Sequence record: OR880646.1
From: Escherichia phage ECP2301
DNA: 64,000 bases
Direction: 5' to 3' (one strand)
Positions within the stretch are counted from its first letter, which is position 1. Each line of letters begins with the position of its first letter. Shown piece after piece: positions 9,967-19,151 of the stretch. The notes beneath the pieces are model-generated. The model did not search any database. It had not been told where the DNA came from and saw only the letters and a list, made by a program, of their open reading frames with translations. The translations under genes were made by a program, and so were the position numbers.

Positions 9967-10436
9967 TTTAAACTCTTTCTAAGCTGCTTCTTAAATGAAG
10001 CTATTAATTGTGTTTTAGTGTCAGATTCATTATATTCAAATCCTCTTTGAAGCATCTCAGCCATCATTTCCTCTTTTCCTAAACGAGAAAATTCCTTTGA
10101 TTTATCTCCAACGAAGTTAGGGTGAATATTATTTTGGGTGTAATCGGATTTTAAATAAGTAAGTAAATTTTCTAACCATTCAAGATAATCAACGCCTTGT
10201 CCCTTTAAGCCAGAACGATTAAATTTGTGCTTCATTTGACCTTCCGCTGCATTGCAAAGATTACAGAGCAATCCACGCACCTTTCCTGCTTTTGGTCCAT
10301 TTAATTCATGGTCATGGTCAAGGTGATTAGCTTGAACATCAGGATTTAATTCTCGTTGGCAAATTAAGCATTTACCGTTTTGTGCATCATAAAATTTCTG
10401 TTTTTCTTCTTTATATAATTTGCCAGTCAATAACAT
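9963..10436 (-). CDS. 49: endonuclease VII (Holliday junction resolvase) gp49
   Basis: 157 aa; CLIC...HLDHDH...CNLCN His-Cys box; length and sequence as T4 endo VII. Confidence 0.9.
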   Translation of the reverse strand: MLLTGKLYKEEKQKFYDAQNGKCLICQRELNPDVQANHLDHDHELNGPKAGKVRGLLCNLCNAAEGQMKHKFNRSGLKGQGVDYLEWLENLLTYLKSDYTQNNIHPNFVGDKSKEFSRLGKEEMMAEMLQRGFEYNESDTKTQLIASFKKQLRKSLK

Positions 10437-10485
10437 AATAAAACCCTTACCTTAAATAGATAAGGGTATTTATTATTTTCAAGTA

Positions 10486-10950
10486 TTAAAACGCTCGGTC
10501 AGAAAAAGAAATTTGAGTTTCAAGCCATTCAATGTATTCTGCCGCAGCTTGCATCAAATTTCCTTCATAACCATCGTTATTTTCTTGTGCAGCTAATTTA
10601 GCTAATGCATATGAAATGCGTTCACCTTGAAAAGCGGCTTTAGGTTTATGAATAACTTGATCAACTCGTTCTACGACCTCTTCAATTTCGCCATTTTCTA
10701 CTGATTCAGTATTCCACAAGCACCAATACGTAATTGGCTTATCGTAGATGTTAATAACCTTTCCGCCAGAAAGTTCAATTTCAATAATTCCAGTATCAGG
10801 TTCTATATCATCTTCGCATTCTTTTGCAAGTTCACGAACTTTAAAGACAGTACCTGCACTAAGTTCCGGCCAATAATTACACAGCCCTTTATCAGCACGA
10901 TTAATTCTAAACCACTTATCTACTGTAATCATGTCCCATCTCCATATCAA
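10486..10950 (-). CDS. hypothetical acidic protein (pin/49.x region of T4 map)
   Basis: 154-aa ORF between 49 and nrdC; identity as protease inhibitor Pin not verifiable from memory. Confidence 0.5.
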   Translation of the reverse strand: MIWRWDMITVDKWFRINRADKGLCNYWPELSAGTVFKVRELAKECEDDIEPDTGIIEIELSGGKVINIYDKPITYWCLWNTESVENGEIEEVVERVDQVIHKPKAAFQGERISYALAKLAAQENNDGYEGNLMQAAAEYIEWLETQISFSDRAF

Positions 10951-11055
10951 TTAAGTCATTTATCGTTGGTTCATTATATACTGTTTCTTCATCAGTGTAA
11001 ACCGGTTCTTCCGGCTCTGGCTCTACTGTTTCCCATCTAGCCGCCCACCAAGGTT

Positions 11056-11376
11056 TTATAGCGTAATCCATTCTCGTATTGTCTGAGTTACTACACGTTC
11101 ACGGGGCTCGACTAGTTCAACAGTCGGAACTGCATAATACCAGTCAGAATGGTAAGAACCTGAGCGAGATTCATTTACAGACACATGAACGTTATGTTTT
11201 GGACTAAAATAAACACACTGACGATATTGGCATTTACCATCTTGCACCCAGTCTTCTATTTCGATAGGTTTAAGATAATCCGAAAAATCGAAATCATAAT
11301 TTTCTGAAAATGCATCATGGTCTTCGATGATTTCGCTCAGAACTGCATCAACATCTAATTTATTTTCAATAGTCAT
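11056..11376 (-). CDS. hypothetical protein
   Basis: 106-aa acidic ORF. Confidence 0.5.
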   Translation of the reverse strand: MTIENKLDVDAVLSEIIEDHDAFSENYDFDFSDYLKPIEIEDWVQDGKCQYRQCVYFSPKHNVHVSVNESRSGSYHSDWYYAVPTVELVEPRERVVTQTIREWITL

Positions 11377-11386
11377 TTGTCACCAA

Positions 11387-11596
11387 TTAATTTCGCAATT
11401 TATTAAGTTCTTCGTAATCAATCCAGGATTCTAGTCCTGATGGCAAATCAGATTCAATTTCCCAAAGAAGCTCTTCAATTTTCTGAAGACGATCTAATTC
11501 TTCAGCTGGAATAGTAACCATTGACGGAGTTCTTGATACGCTAATATCGTAAATCATATTTACCCCAGTTTGACCATACAATCGCCATATTTCCAT
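11387..11596 (-). CDS. small hypothetical protein
   Basis: 69-aa ORF. Confidence 0.4.
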   Translation of the reverse strand: MEIWRLYGQTGVNMIYDISVSRTPSMVTIPAEELDRLQKIEELLWEIESDLPSGLESWIDYEELNKLRN

Positions 11597-11775
11597 TTAG
11601 AAATAGACTTTTCACCATTAGAATAATAAACTTCAAGTTTAGCACGGTTATTTTTAATTTGAATAACTTTGGCTGTCATCAAAGTTCCATAACCATAGTA
11701 AACTGCGACTTCATCACCTACATATACCGCGCTTCCGCGGTAGTCATGGATATAATCAGTCCCTTCGAGCATCAT
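11560..11775 (-). CDS. small hypothetical protein
   Basis: 71-aa ORF overlapping nrdC stop. Confidence 0.4.
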   Translation of the reverse strand: MMLEGTDYIHDYRGSAVYVGDEVAVYYGYGTLMTAKVIQIKNNRAKLEVYYSNGEKSISKWKYGDCMVKLG

Positions 11776-12035
11776 TTAAAGTATTCCCGCAATTGGTCAA
11801 ATCCACCAATATGACTTCCATCAGGAGCAAATACTTGTGGCATCGTCAAACCAATTTGAGTATCACGACCTAGTTTCGTCAGAAGCTCAGCGATTTTCTC
11901 ATCATCAAAAACACCTTTTTCCGGCATAATGTTGATAAATTCAAATGGCTGTTTCTTTACAGTCAAAAGACGTTTTGCATTATCGCAATACACGCATTTA
12001 TGGATGTTGCTATCATAACCATATACTTTAAACAT
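11772..12035 (-). CDS. nrdC: thioredoxin/glutaredoxin NrdC
   Basis: 87 aa, CVYC active site, MFKVYGYDSNIHKCVYCDNAKRLL as T4 thioredoxin. Confidence 0.9.
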   Translation of the reverse strand: MFKVYGYDSNIHKCVYCDNAKRLLTVKKQPFEFINIMPEKGVFDDEKIAELLTKLGRDTQIGLTMPQVFAPDGSHIGGFDQLREYFK

Positions 12036-12036
12036 A

Positions 12037-12278
12037 TTATTCCTTAATTCCTAGTACTTGTTTAAAAGTCTCATCGTAATCAAGACTTTGGCCAGTTTGT
12101 TCTTTATGTTTGTATATAATATCACTTACTTCTGATAGCATATTTTTATATGAACGGGTTATAGCAGATTTAAGCACGCTGTATCTATCAGGAAATTTAC
12201 CATGTTCATTATAATACGCTATTGCTAATTCACGGACTGCTTTTTCAGCAGTCTCCATATATTCTTTACGCTTGGTCA
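12037..12278 (-). CDS. small hypothetical protein
   Basis: ORF track 125 aa; upstream part overlaps next gene, start moved to [10 protein letters not shown] (about 80 aa). Confidence 0.45.
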
Positions 12279-12280
12279 TT

Positions 12281-12649
12281 TTAATCCAAAATATTATTAG
12301 GCATTGGTTGAACACTCGCAAGTTCTTTAAAGAACTCAGTAGAGTCAGGTAATTTAACCATTTCCGGAGCATGCTTGCTAAATTTGTGTTTACAATGACG
12401 GCATTTATATTCAAGTTCCGGTTTACGCCAGTTAATCAATTGAACCTGTTCAGTACCGCATTCAGGACAATTAGGAACGTTTTTAGAAGCCCTTTCGCGA
12501 CGTTCAACCATAGCCATAATAGCATCCCAGGCTGGAGGTTTAAAATCTAAATCGTCAGTAACTAACAGTCCTTTATCAAACCCAGCGCATGGAGTCCATT
12601 CAGGAAAATCTGAAGCTTCGGCAATATCTTCTAATAGACGCTTTTTCAT
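12281..12649 (-). CDS. zinc-ribbon protein (CPEC...CRHC)
   Basis: 122 aa; two CxxC pairs 20 residues apart. Confidence 0.55.
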   Translation of the reverse strand: MKKRLLEDIAEASDFPEWTPCAGFDKGLLVTDDLDFKPPAWDAIMAMVERRERASKNVPNCPECGTEQVQLINWRKPELEYKCRHCKHKFSKHAPEMVKLPDSTEFFKELASVQPMPNNILD

Positions 12650-13575
12650 TTCAATACCTCAATAGCATTACGTAAACCATTTGCTTTTGCATTAAGAGCT
12701 TTTAACAATTTGGTGTGTTCGGCAATCTGGGCTTCAACTTCAATCAAACGAGCATTGAGATATTCACGTTCTTCGCTCAAGTTATCAATCTTTTCTACTT
12801 TAGGCTCTTTTACAACTGTCTTATATGTATTAGGGTTCTTCAGTTTAATTAGAATACGTGAACTGTATAACATTGAACCATTATCTTCGATTTCGTCATA
12901 CATTTCTACTACGTCCATGATTTTTAACATCATGCGGAGTTTATAAGACAACGAACGAATAGTTTTGTTGTGCTTATTAATTTCTTTAGAGTTCATGGTG
13001 CCAAGATTACGTGAGTAATAATAAGGAACCTGGATATTAATTAACACTGATGAACCACCTGGCTTGTGTGTTACTTCATCAGCAATAACCCAATCCTTAA
13101 CATGAACTGTATTTGTACGGTCATCACCAGCAGTAAATAGTTTGCGAGCATGCTTAAAAAGCATATTCACTTGGTCATTGAATTGACAAGCAAATTTATC
13201 AGCAAATTTAGTTTCAGGAATGGTAGATAACCAATCAGCCAAGTGGGTCTTTTTAACATCGTTAACAATAGTAAATTCAACCAAATCGGTTATAGATGTT
13301 GCAGATTTAATGAAGCTCGGCTTCATAAAGTTTTTAATGTTATCGCGAGCTACAGTAGAAGATAACATACGAGAACGTTTAAACCATTCAAGCAAATTGC
13401 CCAATGAATGAGAATAGGCGTTTTGAGTATCTTTACAGATATGATTTTCCTGGCCAACATATTGAAGGAAATCACGAAGAATATTATTGATTACTGCTCT
13501 GTGTCCGATCTGATAATTACGGTGTTTAGTAATAAGACTGTCAAAATAATCAATATAATGTTTACGAGTTTTCAT
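12646..13575 (-). CDS. modular protein, member 1 of coiled-coil-tailed tandem family
   Basis: 309 aa; globular N-domain, KEPKVEK linker, C-terminal amphipathic heptad helix ending NAIEVLK. Confidence 0.7.
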   Translation of the reverse strand: MKTRKHYIDYFDSLITKHRNYQIGHRAVINNILRDFLQYVGQENHICKDTQNAYSHSLGNLLEWFKRSRMLSSTVARDNIKNFMKPSFIKSATSITDLVEFTIVNDVKKTHLADWLSTIPETKFADKFACQFNDQVNMLFKHARKLFTAGDDRTNTVHVKDWVIADEVTHKPGGSSVLINIQVPYYYSRNLGTMNSKEINKHNKTIRSLSYKLRMMLKIMDVVEMYDEIEDNGSMLYSSRILIKLKNPNTYKTVVKEPKVEKIDNLSEEREYLNARLIEVEAQIAEHTKLLKALNAKANGLRNAIEVLK

Positions 13576-13627
13576 GTTCTTCTCACTTGGTTAATGATTT
13601 ATACTCCGAGCCATCCTTGGCTTTAAA

Positions 13628-14629
13628 TTACTTAATTAACTGTAAAGCTTGTTCAAGACGATCCAGGCGATTAACAGATTCTTCCCAAATCCTTTTAGCC
13701 TGCTCATATTCTTTCTGCGCTTTATTAGAAATTTCTAGAACTTCTTTATAAGCTTTTTCTAGTGCAATAACTTCTGGACGAATTTCTACCGGTTCAGGTG
13801 AATCGTCAAGACATTCCATTAGTTCCTCAAGGGTAGTTTCTTCTTTAGGAGTATTCACAATTTCTTCACATTTTTGTTGGTAAATTTCTTTATCAGTCGG
13901 TGAGTACGCACATTTCACTTCACGAAGGCTAATTATAATTTTATATCCTTCCCAACCACACATATTTTTGAAAGGATATGTATGAATACTTTTTACAGTT
14001 TCCATACAGCCCAAAGCCGCCTCTAATTGATAAGTTATAGTGCTAGCAATTGAGAAAAATTTATTAATATTCTTTTGGTTAGCGTTTGGTGTAAAAAATC
14101 CATAATTCACAAAAATAGCTACTTTATTTTTATCAAGCTCATATTCTTTTACGATAATCATATCAGAAGCCAAAGGATGAATTTGACGATAATCGCCATA
14201 ACATAATTTAGAAGCGGATTTTAGAAGTTGCTTCTTGAAAAGTCTGAAATTACTAATCCAACGACGAGTAAAAATATTCTCAGGGTCTTCTTTATTATTA
14301 AGATGATAAGAATTAACATCACCGAACCAATTATATCCTACTACATCTTTAGTTCGTTTAATTTCTTTCCCAAATTTACTAAGAATATCTCTGTTGACTA
14401 AGTATGAAAGAAGACGAGAACCTTTAAAGGTTTCCTTAATATCATCTTTATATTCGCAACTAGAAATTTTATGAACTTCATGAATAAATTTGCCGGAAGA
14501 AACAATACTTGCATCAGTATTGTTGAGCCACTGATTGATAATAGAAAGAACACTATTCTGACTAGACATAGATTTAACTTTATCATCAATAACGCTATTG
14601 AATGATTTGATATATTCGTTACGAGTCAT
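13628..14629 (-). CDS. modular protein, member 2 of coiled-coil-tailed tandem family
   Basis: Start moved to MTRNEYIK (SD GAGGAG upstream; ORF-track Met lies in the -10 box); PEPVEI linker and C-terminal coiled coil ending LEQALQLIK. Confidence 0.7.
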   Translation of the reverse strand: MTRNEYIKSFNSVIDDKVKSMSSQNSVLSIINQWLNNTDASIVSSGKFIHEVHKISSCEYKDDIKETFKGSRLLSYLVNRDILSKFGKEIKRTKDVVGYNWFGDVNSYHLNNKEDPENIFTRRWISNFRLFKKQLLKSASKLCYGDYRQIHPLASDMIIVKEYELDKNKVAIFVNYGFFTPNANQKNINKFFSIASTITYQLEAALGCMETVKSIHTYPFKNMCGWEGYKIIISLREVKCAYSPTDKEIYQQKCEEIVNTPKEETTLEELMECLDDSPEPVEIRPEVIALEKAYKEVLEISNKAQKEYEQAKRIWEESVNRLDRLEQALQLIK

Positions 14630-14654
14630 ATTAATCTCCTCAGTAGAAAGTAAG

Positions 14655-14690
14655 AACATTATACCACATCCTTGTGGCGAAGTAAACTAG
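14655..14690 (-). promoter_or_regulatory. early promoter (GTTTAC -35, TGgTATAAT -10)
   Basis: Minus strand GTTTACttcgccacaaggatgTGgTATAATg. Confidence 0.65.
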
Positions 14691-15706
14691 TTTAGTGCAT
14701 TTAGTGCATTGTTCAGTTTAGAACGTTGCTTCGTGAGATTTTTGACTTTTTCTTGAGCTTTTTCTAGCATCTTTTCAGCTTCTAACACTTCATTAGTTGC
14801 TTTAACGAGTTCATCATCTACTGCCTTGATAGACTTCTCAATCGCATCCGCGTGCCATTTTTCAACAGGTTTAAGACTCGGATTTTCAACAGGAAGAAAA
14901 TTCACTTTATTGAATTTCCATGCATCCTTATTACCTGAACTATACATCCAAAATTTAGGATCGTTTGATGAGTAATTGGATAAATTTAAAATATCTTGCA
15001 CTTCCTGCTTTTTCTCTTGCGGGATTTCGTCCTTTCTCAAAAAATCGTATTTAAATGAAACGATCATATCAAGTTCATATGTTGTTGTGTCTAATTTAAA
15101 TCGCTCAAAACGAGGTAAAATCTTAGACTGAACAGCGGCAACAACATCCATATACTTAAATGCTTCTGTCAACTGCGATTTAAGGCATTCGCAAATTGAA
15201 AGAGAATTTTTTGTATTAGGTTTAAAGCTAATTCGTGCAGTTCTGTTATTTTCTTTTAATGGTCTTACTTCCATCTGAAGAGTATAACCATCAAATTTCA
15301 GGTTCTTTAAGTTAATGTCAGAACCTTTTAATCGACTAGCCGTCGACAAAATTTGCTTTAATTGCTTACGGAATAGAGCAATAAATCTCCATTCAATACG
15401 ATAATGATTTGGATTGAAAAATCCAGATGATAAATCGACCTTACTCTGACCAACGCCTTGAACAAATAGAGGATTTTTATAATCAATAGTTTTACAGAAA
15501 TCGGTGAGTTGCTCACGAGCAGTCATTTGTGTAATATACCCCGCTTTACTAAAATGACGTAACCATTCACTGCTATTCATATATTTAAAGTGAATATCAC
15601 GATTAACTTTATCAGGGTCTAAATTATTTTGGCACAAAAATGTCATAACATCACGAGTATAGCTGGCATTACGAACCATATCTTCAATTTGAGAACGAGT
15701 TTTCAT
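14687..15706 (-). CDS. modular protein, member 3 of coiled-coil-tailed tandem family
   Basis: 339 aa; LKPVEK linker then coiled coil ending LNNALNALN. Confidence 0.7.
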   Translation of the reverse strand: MKTRSQIEDMVRNASYTRDVMTFLCQNNLDPDKVNRDIHFKYMNSSEWLRHFSKAGYITQMTAREQLTDFCKTIDYKNPLFVQGVGQSKVDLSSGFFNPNHYRIEWRFIALFRKQLKQILSTASRLKGSDINLKNLKFDGYTLQMEVRPLKENNRTARISFKPNTKNSLSICECLKSQLTEAFKYMDVVAAVQSKILPRFERFKLDTTTYELDMIVSFKYDFLRKDEIPQEKKQEVQDILNLSNYSSNDPKFWMYSSGNKDAWKFNKVNFLPVENPSLKPVEKWHADAIEKSIKAVDDELVKATNEVLEAEKMLEKAQEKVKNLTKQRSKLNNALNALN

Positions 15707-15714
15707 GGTGTTCC

Positions 15715-16626
15715 TTAAGATTTAAGTAAATCGACAATTTTAATTAACTTTTCACGCTCAGATTTAGCTTTACTACTCAGTCCAGATAGTCTGAAAATTT
15801 CATCATCATATTGTTGAATAGAAATATTCAGCTCTTCAATCTGTTTATTAAAATAATCAATTTGTTCAGAATGTTTTTCGTTACTACGAACTGGTACAGG
15901 TTTCGTAGGCAATGTAGTTGAACTGGATTCATCCGGGCGATAAATTAAAATACAACTTGAACCAATAGGGCATTTTGCACCAGATGAATATTCTAATGTT
16001 CCAGCTTCTTTTAAAACTTCAAAAGCTAAACAGAGATGATGCCCCATATTGACATAATCTGTAGAGCGAGCTCTGATATAATAATCATCGCCACGAATAC
16101 TAAATTTAAAGCATTTAAGGTCTTCTGTATTATTGGTCTTAAAAATCATTTGTTTATCTAGACCTTTAGCTAATCGAGCGCCTAATGCTAATAATCGTCT
16201 TTGATTTTCCCACAAATCCGCAATCATTTGATCGAATGATAATTTTGGCATCAGTCGACCGTAAAGGTCATATCCTTTATTATAATTACGAAGGATTTCA
16301 CTCGCATTAATACGAGATAATGCTCCAATTTTATTAAGGGCTTTCATAATGCGATTAGATAAACTCATTCCAGATCCGTTTGTTCGCTGCAAATGTTTTT
16401 CTAATCCAAATCCAATATCAACTTTAAACTTATCTAAAATTTCTGCATGAACATCTCTGTCGATAACATTCAAATCCAAAGTTGAGTTAAATCTATGAAA
16501 AAATTTATCTGGCTCTGCACTGCGAAATACAGTCCATTCATTCATCATTTTTTTATTAACTAAAGATTTAATTACTGCATTGACATTATTAATTACTACT
16601 GACATATTTTCCTCACTCAATTTCAA
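15715..16626 (-). CDS. modular protein, member 4 of coiled-coil-tailed tandem family
   Basis: 303 aa; TKPVPV linker then C-terminal helix ending KIVDLLKS. Confidence 0.7.
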   Translation of the reverse strand: MKLSEENMSVVINNVNAVIKSLVNKKMMNEWTVFRSAEPDKFFHRFNSTLDLNVIDRDVHAEILDKFKVDIGFGLEKHLQRTNGSGMSLSNRIMKALNKIGALSRINASEILRNYNKGYDLYGRLMPKLSFDQMIADLWENQRRLLALGARLAKGLDKQMIFKTNNTEDLKCFKFSIRGDDYYIRARSTDYVNMGHHLCLAFEVLKEAGTLEYSSGAKCPIGSSCILIYRPDESSSTTLPTKPVPVRSNEKHSEQIDYFNKQIEELNISIQQYDDEIFRLSGLSSKAKSEREKLIKIVDLLKS

Positions 16627-17020
16627 TTTTACTAAATATACAGAATAAGATGGAACAGACTATATAAGCACCACACACAGATTGAACTAATACCATTCCA
16701 AAGAACCAAACAATATTATCAAACAATGTCTGTTTTACGTCGAAAGGACGTAAACTTACAGTAATATTATCACCTTTTTCTATTGAAGAATACATCTCTG
16801 GGGAAATATATTCACTAAATCTATAACCGTCTTTGAGTTCATATACGGCAATAAACGATAAACTAGACCCTTTTCCTTGTGTTCCTGTAATGGTATTAAC
16901 TACAGTAACATCATAATCTTTATAATGCATATAATCATTAATTGCGTAATAACCATATGCAACTACTACACATAAACAACATATCAATAAATTCAATCTT
17001 TTAATTATCAACTGTTTCAT
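16613..17020 (-). CDS. membrane protein (2 predicted TM helices)
   Basis: 135 aa; N- and C-terminal hydrophobic helices. Confidence 0.55.
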   Translation of the reverse strand: MKQLIIKRLNLLICCLCVVVAYGYYAINDYMHYKDYDVTVVNTITGTQGKGSSLSFIAVYELKDGYRFSEYISPEMYSSIEKGDNITVSLRPFDVKQTLFDNIVWFFGMVLVQSVCGAYIVCSILFCIFSKIEIE

Positions 17021-17075
17021 AATAATCTCAATTAAAAGGGCTTAGAACCATTATACCATCCTTGGTATAAAGCGG

Positions 17076-17603
17076 TTATGCGAGTACCGTCTTTAACCGT
17101 TCTTCAAACTTCCGAAGAGTATTTTGGCGTTCAGCTCTTTGCTTTTTGTAAGTTTCAATACGCTCTGAAATGAGAGTGTATCGTTCATTTACTGATTCTT
17201 TCATAAAATCAGGAATTTCACGAGAAGCTTTAATCTCGTCAAATTTATCAATAACAGCTTGCTCTTCAGCAATTAAGTTATCATACATTAAAATATCTTT
17301 CTTGATGAACTCAATATCTTCTTGAGTTACACGAGATAATTTAGATGCTTTATCCTTTTTGTACTGTTCATTAGTATCACGAGACCAGTGTAATGTACGA
17401 TTTTTATTCGTATTCTTGTAAATTTCTACAATACCGATCTCATCAATAATAACGATCCAATTCCAACGGGATTTGTAAATTTGTCCTCCATCAACAGTGA
17501 TTTCACCTCCGATTGAGATGTCATTAAAGAACTTGCTTTGTGCTTCAGATTTAAATTTACCATCGTTGTAATTTACCAAGTTGAAAATATCTTTAGCGTT
17601 CAT
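17076..17603 (-). CDS. hypothetical protein with C-terminal coiled coil
   Basis: 175-aa ORF preceded by early promoter. Confidence 0.6.
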   Translation of the reverse strand: MNAKDIFNLVNYNDGKFKSEAQSKFFNDISIGGEITVDGGQIYKSRWNWIVIIDEIGIVEIYKNTNKNRTLHWSRDTNEQYKKDKASKLSRVTQEDIEFIKKDILMYDNLIAEEQAVIDKFDEIKASREIPDFMKESVNERYTLISERIETYKKQRAERQNTLRKFEERLKTVLA

Positions 17604-17624
17604 TTTGTGTTCCTCCGTAGTTGA

Positions 17625-17665
17625 TAGTTGTATAGTACCACAGAGGAACAGTCTTGTAAACCACT
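17625..17665 (-). promoter_or_regulatory. early promoter, TACTAT variant of the family
   Basis: Minus strand GTTTACaagactgttcctctgTGgTACTATacaactatcaact then SD GGAGG. Confidence 0.55.
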
Positions 17666-17978
17666 AAAAGAAACTTCTTTCACAATTTTTTCCACTGAAC
17701 CAGGCGCTCACTGCTTTCTTGGTCTCAGGAGCAGTGTTATCCATAAACCATTCAAAGGCAGCCTTTTTGTGATTCTGGAGGGCTTCTCGGGCTTTAATCT
17801 GCTCACGGTCTATTAACACTAACATATGAGCCTTTCTTGTCACCATGGGCTTCTTATGATTTTTTGAATACTCCCAGTCATTTGTCCATCGCATTGTCGT
17901 TGCGAACTGAAATACTGCTTCTTTAATTTTAGTTTCGTAAATTTCACGAGCCTTTGAGTATAACATCATTACCTCCAT
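17664..17978 (-). CDS. hypothetical protein
   Basis: 104-aa ORF. Confidence 0.5.
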   Translation of the reverse strand: MEVMMLYSKAREIYETKIKEAVFQFATTMRWTNDWEYSKNHKKPMVTRKAHMLVLIDREQIKAREALQNHKKAAFEWFMDNTAPETKKAVSAWFSGKNCERSFF

Positions 17979-18067
17979 TCACCAGTTTAATTCTAGTCAT
18001 CTTTTTAATGGCAGTCCATATAATCTATTTCTGAACTGCCTTTTTGTTATAGAAGTCCTCTTATGAA

Positions 18068-19036
18068 TTATTTCAGAAGAGTAACCTCAGCGATTTCTTC
18101 CCAACCGTTTTTGTCGGTCATAATAAAGTCAGCAAGATAAAGAGCAGTACGCAGTGAAACATTGCGTAAACGATTAACATTAACTTTCATCCATGATAAT
18201 GCTTTATAAGTTTCTTCATCAGAAAGACCGCGCTTTTGCATCATGTCAGTTGAAAGAATAACATCTTCAACTCTGACCATAATTTCTTCATTAGTGTGAA
18301 CACCCAGATCTAAATAAACCGAGCGGGACACTAATGCTTGTAAATGTGGAGCAAGTTTAGTACCACGGTCTAATTCGCGGTCAATGTCAACGTTTGTGAT
18401 AAAAACAATCGTTCCTTTAAATTCAAACTCACGCTCAATGCCTTTTTCTTCTAAGTAAGAAGACGCAGTGCTCCAGCAGACTTTACGGGTCTCTCCAGTG
18501 TCCAGAGCGGCTTTTAGAAGATTAAGAATGTCCATATCAGAGAAAACATCCACATCATCAATCAAAAGGACAGAATTCTCTTCACGATTATTCCAAAGCT
18601 GCTCATAAAGACCAATACCAGAGATTTTACCATTAATGCTTTTATATTCAATGTATCCAATATCATTTGCTTTATTTAAAGCTTTATCTAAAGAATACGT
18701 TTTACCAATACCTGCTGCGCCAGAGATAATCAATGAACGAATATTTCCATTAATAATACCATTCGTCATCATTCCCATAACATTAAATCTTTTATTAATG
18801 CGGGTTTTCATATCTTCATATGATTCTTTAACTTCTTCAACTTTTACACCATCATATGAAATATCTGATTTGTAAACCCAAACACCGCGACGCTTACCGT
18901 CAATTTCAACAAAAACTTTACCATCTCCTTGTGCATCTACCGGAGCATTATCTGGGAACCATTCGCCTAAGAGTTCAAAAGTTCCAGAGATTTCTTTACC
19001 GAAGTAGATACCCTTATTGATAGTTACAGTTTTCAT
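18068..19036 (-). CDS. AAA+ ATPase (Walker A GAAGIGKT, Walker B LLIDDVD)
   Basis: Start set at MKTVTINK (SD GGAG upstream); ORF-track N-terminal extension runs through the promoter leader. Confidence 0.75.
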   Translation of the reverse strand: MKTVTINKGIYFGKEISGTFELLGEWFPDNAPVDAQGDGKVFVEIDGKRRGVWVYKSDISYDGVKVEEVKESYEDMKTRINKRFNVMGMMTNGIINGNIRSLIISGAAGIGKTYSLDKALNKANDIGYIEYKSINGKISGIGLYEQLWNNREENSVLLIDDVDVFSDMDILNLLKAALDTGETRKVCWSTASSYLEEKGIEREFEFKGTIVFITNVDIDRELDRGTKLAPHLQALVSRSVYLDLGVHTNEEIMVRVEDVILSTDMMQKRGLSDEETYKALSWMKVNVNRLRNVSLRTALYLADFIMTDKNGWEEIAEVTLLK

Positions 19037-19054
19037 TTTATTCTCCAAATCCGT

Positions 19055-19105
19055 ATCAGTTGATAGTTGTATAGTACCATAAAGCTTTATGCTTGTAAAC
19101 CGTTT
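19055..19105 (-). promoter_or_regulatory. early promoter, TACTAT variant with conserved leader
   Basis: Minus strand GTTTACaagcataaagctttaTGgTACTATacaactatcaactgatacgg; near-identical copies at 17625-17665 and 34150-34186. Confidence 0.55.
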
Positions 19106-19128
19106 TGTGAAAAAATTTTTGAAATAAA

Positions 19129-19151
19129 AAAGGGAGCCCGAAGGCTCCCTA
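19129..19151 (-). terminator. intrinsic terminator (GGGAGCC-UUCG-GGCUCCC + U5)
   Basis: Plus aaaagggagcccgaaggctccc; minus RNA hairpin followed by UUUUU. Confidence 0.6.
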
